A stretch of 63,745 nt of DNA, the filler included, from Hausera hauseri (lineage: Eukaryota): the NCBI GenBank assembly GCA_046269625.1. It is 10 parts of 10 records of this genome, joined end to end, with 100 filler letters (N's around TTAATTAATTAA, not from the genome) between each part and the next. Parts side by side here need not be neighbours in the genome. Positions count along the whole stretch, not along the records: positions 6,793 to 15,820 come from JBJURY010482131.1; positions 15,921 to 21,386 come from JBJURY010248515.1; positions 21,487 to 25,813 come from JBJURY010633553.1; 7 more parts are not named here. One strand, given 5' to 3'. This document shows positions 12,801 to 22,130 of the stretch, in pieces. Below the pieces are notes generated by a model. The model saw nothing but the letters and a program-made list of their open reading frames with translations, had not been told where the DNA came from and did no database searches. The translations under genes and the position numbers were made by a program. Positions within the stretch are counted from its first letter, which is position 1. Every line of letters begins with the position of its first letter.

Positions 12801-13500
12801 TTCCTTTCCTATGCAGTTTCAAACTTTTATATAGCTTTTCAGCAAATTGTTGCTCTTTTCCAGATATGTCTACTTGTTCGCTAATTTGTTTAAGCCTTTC
12901 TAGGTCAGACTGTAATATTTCTGACTCATTACGCTTGTTTCTCAATTTTCTTAATTCATTGGCGTTGCTCCATGAATTTCGGACTTTCCACTTCTTGGGA
13001 TCGAAATCATCAGTATTCGTTGTTTCTTCCTCACTAGTAGGAAGTGGCCAAATCTCGTTAATTTCACTAGTTTCCTCTATAGACTCCGCTACTTCAACCG
13101 GTGTGTGTGAACCAATTTCTGGTGTGTTCAAACTATGGTCCGTGTCTCCTCCTACAACGACATTCGGGTTTTCCTTTTCTTCAATCTTCTCTCTGGTTAT
13201 TTTGGAGCGTGAACGACTTATACGTTTCGTTTTTAATGAAGGGCTTCGGCCTCTATTTTTCGTAATTTTAAGTATTAATGGCCCCATAAATTCATTTTCT
13301 GCGGTATCAGCTGTATCATCCTAAGTAAGCTTAACTACTTTTTCAACTGTAAACTCGGGCTCTGCGTCTAAGTCGACTGCTGTCGATGTACTTGGTTTAT
13401 CAGATGGTTTATTGCTTGTCAGAATACTCTTTTTCAGTGTCATATCGATTCGTTTAGGTGCTATCGCATGCTCATATTCAGTTTCTGGTTTTGCTAACCA
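9900..13500 (-). pseudogene. ~1200-aa accessory region between Gag and Env (charged/helical segments, unknown function)
   Basis: Back-to-back ORFs 12445-13287, 11916-12344, 11373-11786, 10806-11348, 10198-10806, 9739-10143; homologous segments recur at 37920-39150 and 63092-63745. Confidence 0.75.
10611..10835 (-). other. Integral ubiquitin-like (beta-grasp) domain in the retroelement polyprotein
   Basis: IKVMVS/MDGRKKCEVNTHSYVKDIREWL...YRFYFRGRILDDQEHLIDVGI matches the ubiquitin pattern [21 protein letters not shown]; no C-terminal GG. Confidence 0.7.
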
Positions 13501-13532
13501 TGGTACACTTCTACTAATCTCAACTTATCTCC

Positions 13533-14697
13533 CTATTCTCTTCTAGCCATTAAAATTTGTAAGTTGGTAGTGTCTGGCTGAACATCTAAGAATTTTCTCA
13601 AGTCCTGTATATCGATGATAGTGCCTGTATCTCCACGAACGCCATACTTTGCTTCTAGATTCTCATTGATTCTAATCATACTAGTCTTATTTTGATCAGT
13701 AAATGAGACGCTACGTGGATTTGGACATGACCTTGAAATATGTCCTTCTTTGCCACAAGTAAAACAAACTAGATTTCCATTTCTGCCGACTCTCTGTCGG
13801 CCGTCTTTGTTCACCGGTGACTTATATATATTTATACTTTTATTATACTGGTTTGGCAAGCTTTGCGCATTATCGGTATTTCGTCTGTTATCGTTATTTC
13901 GATTATCACCGTTTTGATTCGAGTAGTTTGAACCTTTATAATTTCCTCTATTCCTATCTCAGTTAGAGTCTGATCTGTTCGTATTTGTATAATTACTATC
14001 TCTGCCATTTCTGTAACCGCCATTATTATTTCTATTCCCATAATTTCTGTTACCTGTAAATCGTCTGTCGTCTCTTCCCCGATTATCATTGCGATTTCTA
14101 TCATTACGGTCGTTACAGTCATTATTTCTGTCGTTTCTATCATTATATCTGGCGTATCTATCAAGCGCCATTTCTAAATCTTGAGCTAGTCGTAACGTTC
14201 CTCCAAAATTCTCAGGTCTGGCTAAAATCAATTGTTTAACTAAGTCTCGCGACCAAATACCATTTATTAGTTGCGTCGTCATCATAACATCTAAATCTGG
14301 TGGTGAGGCCTTCTCTGCGGCGTCACGCTCTGCATCTGTATTGGCTTTAGCTACGTTAGCTATTCTCAATGTACTAATGTAACTATTGGCAAGTTTCTTC
14401 AACGCAAATGCGAACTGAGTAACTGATTCACTTTTGTTGTACTCTATTCTGAAATGCCATAAGTTTCTACTGCGACGTTACTGTCGGCAATAATTTACGG
14501 TTCAATGCTCCTACCAGGGAGGACCAAGATTTCTTCTCATCATTAGTGGGCTTACTATAAGCGTCAGCAGCTACGTTTTTCAAGTATAACAACAAGCGTT
14601 AAATCATTACTTCATCAGTAAGGCTAGTACCTTCTGCGTGCAATTTATAAGTTCTGAAGAATTCATTAAGCCCGTCCGGGTCTCCGTCGTATGTCGG
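13533..14697 (-). pseudogene. gag: Gag (capsid, RN-rich linker, CCHC zinc knuckle), copy B
   Basis: PTYDGDPDGLNEFFRTY, MHR-like Q-ESVTQFAFALKKLA, QLINGI...LAQDLE, CFTCGKEGHISRSC. Confidence 0.9.
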
Positions 14698-15011
14698 TGA
14701 AGGAAATTATCGAGTATTTTAGAAAACAATAAGATTTACCAAGCTTTAATAACTTTACAACGGTACAATTTTCGAAGATCAATACAATGAATCAACATCA
14801 GTCTATAAATTGTCAATTTGTTTCCTTCAATCGTCTGAAATTCTCTCGGTTCACTCGTTCTGATTTTCTTTTCCATCCCCGTCTTTATATAATGTTGGAC
14901 TCCATCAATCAATCATTTACAACTGTTTTTTATTCAATTTTTCATGATACTTTTTATTCAATTCTGGTTTTTCGATTAATAGTTCAATAATTACATTTTT
15001 GTCCTGTTACA
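14698..15011 (-). repeat. LTR-like segment (solo LTR of another element, or 5' LTR of copy B with the leader deleted)
   Basis: Minus strand begins TGTAACA and ends CCTTCA, with TATATAAAG and ATTAAA inside; abuts truncated gag; no TSD or second copy seen. Confidence 0.45.
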
Positions 15012-15149
15012 CTTTCATTCAGTGACATAAATAATAAATTGAAACGCTGATTAAATATTTATATTACATATATACATTCATTGTTATGGCGTTTTTTACT
15101 GTCGCCATTTACAATGTCTCCATTTACAACAGTTATATAGTCGTATTAA

Positions 15150-15820
15150 CCAAAAATATTGCCTCTATTTTATGTGGAAATCATGGATATCAGTAAAGAC
15201 CAAAAATATCTTCACGATTTCTGTCGAGCTATTGAAATTAGTCGTGCCTCAACAACGTGCAAACATAGAACCTGGAAAAACGGTTCTTTCTCGTTGGCTA
15301 ACAGCAGCAAATAGAATATTGCGTCATTATGTATCAACAGCATCGCCAACCTCTGAACTTTTGCTGCTAAATGACTACATATTGAAAGTATATGCTTCAG
15401 TATGGTTTTCTGTTAAGATTGAACCACAGTGTTATAAAGACGCAAATAGAAAAGCTCTCGATTTCTTCCTCTAGAAGCTTGCACAGTTGTTCACAATTGT
15501 ATTCAATGAAACAGGTTTTACGGTCATCCAGCAAATGTACTACTTTCAATGTTAGCAGATAACAGACCAGAAATTAGAGAACTTGCTGTAAGAAGAATAA
15601 AAAAGGCCAAGCAAACAAAATCTGTGAACATCAGGAAATTCACTGCCAAATTTGAATTTGTATGCAGAGGACTAGAACAACCTTCTGAATTGGCAAGAAT
15701 TTCCTATAACTGAACCACCAATGTTTATATCACAATCTTACGACGACCCTGAAAATGCCATTAAGTATAGACAAACTTGGACTTTAGATGGGTTCTTGTG
15801 CCACTGTCAGGCTGTTTAAA
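15150..15820 (+). mobile_element. hAT-like (hATm-type) DNA transposase C-terminal fragment
   Basis: PGKTVLSRWLTAANRILRHY..VYASVWFSVK, HPANVLLSMLAD-R-EIRELAV, TEPP, LCHCQAV. Confidence 0.65.
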
Positions 15821-17002
15821 NNNNNNNNNNNNNNNNNNNNNNNNNNNNNNNNNNNNNNNNNNNNTTAATTAATTAANNNNNNNNNNNNNNNNNNNNNNNN
15901 NNNNNNNNNNNNNNNNNNNNCAAATATTATGCTTATTAATTACATGAAAAAATGCAAACAAAGTTAAAATGATGCAATATTGGCTTCTAAATGTAACACA
16001 ATTTCGCATTTCGTCAATTTTGTCCCTAGTTGAAGAGGAATTTTGAAATTTTCGTTTCTTTTGTCAACCAAAATTTTACTAAAACCGGACATCCAGTTTG
16101 TTGTTCATTTTTTGTCAAAGTACAATGTATTCGTCTAATTATAATTAGATTTAAATAATTCACTCACTAAAAGTATAGTTATATGTCTGTTGAACCTTCC
16201 AAACCAATAAAACTGTCCGCAAATGTCACACTTAAAACGTTTTTCACCAGAGTCCATAAATGTAAACCAGTTTAATAATGCACTGTCTTGCGTGTCCGAA
16301 ATGTGTCACATTATAAAATTTACATGTGATATGAATGTGTTTAAGAATTCCGTCTAAAAGTTCACAGCTTTCCTGCTCTTTCTCTTGTAGGTTTATTTAC
16401 TTTCGGTAGGAAGAAAATGGGAAGTCTGTCTCACCCCGGGGAAGGGCCAAAATCGATAAATCAATTTTTCACATGTGCCGATCGATAATGCCCATGGAGC
16501 ACTATCGATCGGTACTGTGCTAAGCGACGGTGTCGCTATGCACCATTGCTATACACATTTTTGCGCATTTCACAAATCGTTAGCCGCGCATTGCACAATT
16601 GATTGAATCGATCGGGACAAAGTGCTAATCGATAGTGCACATTAGTGTACATCGATTAGTGCACTGTGCAGGTGCGCATCACATGTGAGTAGTGAAATAC
16701 GCGTCGTCTGGACCACCGTGGGAAAAAATCAAGATTTTTTCCCACGCTCGCCTATGGAAGACTCGGTACGGGCCAAGCGTAGTGTTCCACAAGCGGAACA
16801 TATCCCGTAGAGAGCGTGAGGAAAAATTCATGATTTTTTCCCACGGTGACGCATCACGTGAAATACGTAAAAATAAATAAATAATAAACAATAAATCATA
16901 ATTAATAATGAATAATAAATACAAACAAAAGTACTTACTGTAAATCTGTTCGAAATGATCTAAATATGAAAATTAAAAATTGCGGTGAAAAATTCACCTT
17001 TT

Positions 17003-17395
17003 AGCGCACAATGGGATCTGCCCCATGGCCATGCCGGTTCCCTCTTTTTACCCCATAGGATGCGCGAGGAGTTAGTTCCGCATTATGCATATGACCCAGT
17101 TATTAAATCACTATCAATATCAATCAAATTTTATCATTATGGCCTGATAAATAAATTACCATTTAATGAATTTACTGTCAGCCAATTAATCCAGAATTAT
17201 TAAAATGCATATTTAAATGATGAAATCAAACCAAAGAAAAATAATTACGTGTTGAAATCGGTTCGAAAAGTGCTGAAAAGAAAGTAAAAATATGTTGTAA
17301 AAATCACTGTTGAGCGCACATGGGAAACTGCCCCCATGGCCCTGCCAGTGCCCTCTTTTTACCCCATAGGGCGCGGCGAGGAGTTAGTTCCGCAT
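17003..17395. repeat. Two ~82-bp GC-rich direct repeats (17003-17083, 17313-17395) within a ~310-bp tandem duplication
   Basis: agcgcaca..tggg..ccccatggcc..ccctctttttaccccatagg..gcgaggagttagttccgcat is present twice. Confidence 0.9.
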
Positions 17396-17508
17396 GAATC
17401 TATCCCTATGAAATAAATGAAATAAGTAATAAGTTAATCAATAAAAAATATATATCAAAAATATATCAAAGTTAATAAAAATATTAAAAGGGAGTATATA
17501 TGTACAAT

Positions 17509-17829
17509 TTACAAATCAGATTCGTAACCCGAATCTATATTCAAGATGGTCAAAATAAATTCATTGTCTGAATCATTTAAATCAAAGTCATAATTTAAAT
17601 TCCAGACATCATCACTGCCATCATCATAATCATCATTGTCATCATCATTATCATCATCGTTATAGTCAGTGACATTTCCAATTCTGTTTAGCATTTGATG
17701 GAAAAGTCGTTCCTGTATTTGAGGTATAGTTTCTTCGTTATAAGGTACTAAATTTTCCATATATTCCACATTTATCATTTCGGTCAGCACCGCAAACGCA
17801 TCATCTTCATTTGTTTCTGATGTCCAAAT
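17509..17829 (-). CDS. Small acidic Maverick-associated protein (probable terminal exon) ending in DSGYESDL
   Basis: Open frame 17509-17790 extends to a TTACTTTAG acceptor near 17830; Asp-rich tract. Confidence 0.5.
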   Translation of the reverse strand: MWTSETNEDDAFAVLTEMINVEYMENLVPYNEETIPQIQERLFHQMLNRIGNVTDYNDDDNDDDNDDYDDGSDDVWNLNYDFDLNDSDNEFILTILNIDSGYESDL

Positions 17830-18039
17830 CTAAAGTAATACTCTCCACAAATGAGAAACATAATCAGTAAAACAAATTAAAATCAGTAAATATGTAAATC
17901 ACGAAAACAGATCATATTAATTATCAGTCTTAAATAAATACGAAGAAACATAAAGTCAATAAAGTGAGTAATTTATTAAAAGATCATCAGTCAATCAAAT
18001 AGCAAAGTCTACTAATTAAATCAAATTTAAACAGTAAAG

Positions 18040-18440
18040 TCATAAGTCAAAAAGCATTTCAACCTCATATAAGCACCATAAGGCCCTCGACAAATTAGTT
18101 AAGGAATGTTTGGAACATCCCAGTAATTTCAACGTAATATTACATAGTATTTCCTCATCCGGTAACTCTTTCAAATGATTTTTCTTTTTATCGAGTATTC
18201 CAGTATTCCCCATTTATTAATCTTTTTAACGAATAACGACGAATCGTCCAATTTTAAATTTTCACCCAATGACGATAAAGCATCATTAATGTTGTCAACA
18301 TCTATGGATCATAAATCAAGGACTCTGAAACCGAATTTCGTCTTCTTTATATTAGCAGGATCCGACAATTTTATTATAATAGGTTTTCTCAAGTCATTAA
18401 CGTAGTAGTCAAAAAACATTTGCCTCAAGAAACAATTCAT
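18040..18440 (-). pseudogene. Disrupted small Maverick ORF, possibly an OB-fold ssDNA-binding protein
   Basis: MNCFLRQMFFDYY...; C-terminus ILCNITLKLLGCSKHSLTNLSRALWCLYEVEML; one stop and one frameshift; directly downstream of pPolB. Confidence 0.35.
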
Positions 18441-18596
18441 TATATCCAAACTGAAAAATTAAAATTATTAACATTTTTCTCTTGCAAAAAGGAGTAATTA
18501 TTTTAAACAGACAATGCAAGAAAAAGAATTATTTAAAATACACAAATAAAAACAAGAAGTGAAGAATTTATTATTATTTAAATAACACACACAAGA

Positions 18597-20983
18597 TCAA
18601 AGTGAGTAATGTCCATATGCACGACTTTCGTTGCAACTTATCCAATGTCGTTTATTGTCCAGTGACGACAAGGCAATTTTAGGTCTTTTAACCGTATACA
18701 GTTGATGGTTAATAGACTGTATGAGACGTTGTTCCACTACAAACTCATTTTTCTGAAGATATATGTTTTTGAATGTACTGTGATTTATGCTCGTCTTTTT
18801 CAATGAAACTCCCTTTGCTCTCATTTTTTCTGATCCAGCACTATCCATCATGCTGTAACATTTTGGACGGAGAAAAACCCATTCAATAAAGCGAGGAACT
18901 CCACAACTTTCATCTTTAACTAAACCAATTTTATTAGCAACTTCTATCGAATAAAGAGGATTATCTGGCATGTAATTTGATGTATCCAACAAACCATCAT
19001 TTTTCATCTTTTGCAATAATGTATTTAAATTTATATTCTTACACAACAAAAAAAGCTGTCAGTATCGCCTGCAAGAAGTTTGAGTGTACATCCAAACAAT
19101 TGTCTATAAGTCTGCAACTCAACGTACTGTAAAATGTACATGCGTAATTTACTTAGGTCTAATACAACCTCTCCGACATATATTGGTCGATCAAGACACA
19201 CTACGTCTTTATTCAAGAGAACCAAGACAATATTGTCGTCGATTATCCACGATTTTTTGAACTGAAATTTGCTTGAGTATGTAACTAAATCCTTTTCTGT
19301 GGTACATATTCGTATATTCACATGTTTAAATAAATTTTCCACCGTTTTTCCATATAATGAATTATTTTTTAACTTATAATAGTCCTTGTCACATTTGGCC
19401 GATACGATTGATCTTTTTATTGAATTTTGATCAATATAACATTTAAAGCAGCATAACTGAGAAAATTGAACTGCTCTGTGCACTTTTGTAACCACCGCTC
19501 CAAGTTTTATATAAAATTGCAAAAGTCTCCAATGGACAATATAATTTATTTTATCTTCATGTGTTAACAGTAGTTTTTCAACTTTGGATACAGGCGGGCA
19601 TTTTTTCACAGGGGCCAAAGGAAAATCATCCACTAGATCATGAATATGTGCCGGTATAATGATGTCTACCTCTAGTACGTATCTAATAGGACTATTTTCC
19701 GCATTTACCTCTTGTATCTCATTTAAAATCGATTTCAATTGATAATCTTCAAATATCTACACAAAATCTTCATGTGGCAATGGTTGTGATAATGCCCATC
19801 CGTATAAATTGTTCACATTCAAATACAACAATGAAGAATCATCCGTGGCCTCTACATAATGCGTATTTACAAATGTAATTCCACCTCTGATTCCATATTC
19901 AAAAAATCTATACATTTCCGGATTACTCAATAATTCCAAATTTACATCCAAGGTTCGTAATGCACTGTTCCATGACACATGCGGAAGAGTTATAAAATTA
20001 AGAGGATCGAAACCATCATCATTTAGAGCTCTTTGACGAAAAACATTAAATACATCGGCTAACAAATATACATCGAGTTTTAAGTAATACAACATATAGT
20101 CAAGTAAATTTCGGCAATTTGCTTCGATCCATTTTTGTCTAGCATATTGATAATCATCAATATCAACATCGTCCCAAATTGGTGGTAAATCAGTTGTATT
20201 CTCCAATATAGTTAATGATGTTGCAAAATTGTAAGGAAAAATACCTTTTCTATAACCAATCTGTCCTGGAAAAGCGGTTGATGTCAAAGGCCATTGCACC
20301 AACTTTGAAGAAAGGGTGTCCAATGATTCGGGCATAAATTGATATGAATCGATAAATTTAATTGTCAGACCACCAGAAATGCGTGCAAACATGGCTAAAA
20401 CCTTTTCTCGGCTTTGTGCTATTACACTGGGTTTCCAACTTCGAAAATGCTTAAGGGCATATTTCATAATGTGGTGGGAATCATAACCTCTAAAATTATG
20501 GAAAACAACCGGAAGTACCATGCGAACCCGTCTTTGAACATTACATGTTTGACATGCAGCACCAATATACTGACCTGTAAAATGGTCATGATCTCGAACT
20601 TTATTCAATATTTCCTTTTTGCATAAATAACACAATTCAGCTTTAAGAAACGCAGATTCCTCCTCTGCAGATAATGAAAGCAGAGAATGATGAGTATTCT
20701 GATCATACCACGGAATCACAACATCTTTAGCCATAGACTCCAAATAAGATAAATAATCTACAATGCAATTATCCCCCACGAAATGGTTATATTGTGGCGA
20801 TAAGGTAGAATCCTTTAACGGAACAAGCAATAAACCTGCAGCAGCAGGAACGTGTTTCTGCTCATACCCACCACCGCAAGGTGGTAAAACAGACTCTAAA
20901 TCGGAATATACAACAAAAGCCGGAGACACAAGCTTAGACCAGTCGGTAAACTGACACTTGTTTGATGATGGCATAACATACAA
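18597..20983 (-). pseudogene. Protein-primed family B DNA polymerase with endonuclease VII-like insert (N-terminus missing, disrupted)
   Basis: VVYSDLES (ExoI), CYLC..VRDHDHFTG..CQTCN, FHNFRGYDSH, YLKLDVYLL, YLNVNNLYG, YKLKNNSLYGKT, AGDTDSF, LRPKCYS, RAKGV, DNKRH. Confidence 0.95.
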
Positions 20984-20997
20984 TGTTGTATGTTAAC

Positions 20998-21386
20998 AGT
21001 AGTTGGAAGGGAGGAGTTCGCATCAACCCCCCCCCAAGGGAAGGAAGGAAACCAATAGGAGGAGAACACTTCATCGAGGGGAAGGAAAACTGTCGAATGG
21101 GAAGAGGACACGTCATCGGGCGGGAGGAAGGAAGTAAGCCAATAGGAGTAGAGGACGAATTAGAGAGCGTTGGTGCCAAATGGGTTTCACTATTCCCACC
21201 CCGGAACAAAGCCAATTGGGTTTTCCCACCTCGAAACAAAGTCCTACCCTGGTAGAAAGTCGTACCCTGGAACAAAGCGGTATTCCCTTTAATGAGAAAT
21301 AAGGAATAAAAATTTATTTACATAAGCAATGAATAATGTCCATAGGCGACACTGTGGTTTTTATCAACCCAGTGTCGTTTATCGTC
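20998..21386 (-). mobile_element. Second Maverick/Polinton end: AGTAGT terminus, GC-rich TIR-like block, and last 22 codons of a paralogous pPolB (21318-21386)
   Basis: AGTAGT at 20998; minus-strand DDKRHWVDKNHSVAYGHYSLLM* parallels DNKRHWISCNESRAYGHYSL* of the first pPolB. Confidence 0.7.
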
Positions 21387-21486
21387 NNNNNNNNNNNNNN
21401 NNNNNNNNNNNNNNNNNNNNNNNNNNNNNNTTAATTAATTAANNNNNNNNNNNNNNNNNNNNNNNNNNNNNNNNNNNNNNNNNNNN

Positions 21487-21689
21487 TCAAATCGTAATAT
21501 AATAAGCAGTTTACGCTCTTGAGACAATGCAAACGTTACCCATACTTCGTCGTCAACAGGATAAACTCCAAATCCATTTGAATATCGTGTTAAGTATGCC
21601 GCTTTGATCACATTGCAATTAATCTTTTTTACATAATTTATATATGACCCTTTTGGGATGGTTGTAGGACTGTAATTGTTACTTGCCAT
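21487..21689 (-). CDS. Hypothetical protein downstream of penton (truncated by contig end)
   Basis: ATG-initiated open frame ~110 bp after the penton stop, same strand. Confidence 0.35.
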
Positions 21690-21801
21690 TCTCCAAGTAG
21701 GTCTATACTATTATCATAGTCTACAATGTATTTGCTCGCACTACTATTAGGTTGAGTATCCGCACAGGCATTGCTTAGTAGTACCATATAAAATGACACC
21801 A

Positions 21802-22130
21802 TCAATAATGTATTTTCTTAAAATGTAATGTCAGTATTGTCTTTGCCCCAAAACTAAAAGAAACTGGTCTTCCACTATCATCACGGATATTAATTTCGAT
21901 ATTGTTTATACATTTTGATGAAATAGGCAAGTACACTGAATTGCCTGGTGCAATATATACTGGATCATCACACTTGGGTTCTGAATCATCTATCCAAACA
22001 CATCTTAAAAGAGGGACTCGTTCTGAACCTACCATTATTCGTTCAACTATACTAGAATAGATGAACATTTGGTTAATGCATTGTTTAATGACAACGGTCT
22101 AGAATCGATATATTTATCTTTCAAGGTTAC
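21802..22130 (-). pseudogene. Maverick/Polinton minor capsid (penton) C-terminal fragment
   Basis: MFIYSSIVERIMVG...PLLRCV...YLPIS...NIEINIRDDSGRPVSF...ILTLHFKK is the typical Polinton penton C-terminus. Confidence 0.8.

Larger units (their letters stand above)
6793..14697 (-). mobile_element. Ty3/Gypsy retroelement copy B: gag, long accessory region with UBL, env, protease, dUTPase-like (cut by contig end)
   Basis: Continuous colinear minus-strand ORF fragments from capsid to protease; stops are not shared with copy C. Confidence 0.92.
16688..20997 (-). mobile_element. Maverick/Polinton (adintovirus-like) end 1: terminus, small ORFs, pPolB
   Basis: AGTAGT at 16688 followed by a palindromic, repeat-rich non-coding block; pPolB reads toward this terminus. 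Confidence 0.7.

Noticed and set aside
12647-13324. 225-aa Ser-rich plus-strand ORF and similar antisense ORFs
   Set aside because: Shadows of the charged minus-strand coding frame
6793-14697. Stop-codon reassignment or programmed readthrough explaining the broken ORFs
   Set aside because: All three stop types occur, they align with various amino acids in other copies, and frameshifts co-occur; ordinary decay
17003-17395. HDV-like ribozyme (minus-strand CTCCTCGC)
   Set aside because: Could not build consistent P1/P2/P3 pairings in both copies
18597-22130. pPolB and penton as one contiguous element
   Set aside because: Separated by an artificial spacer
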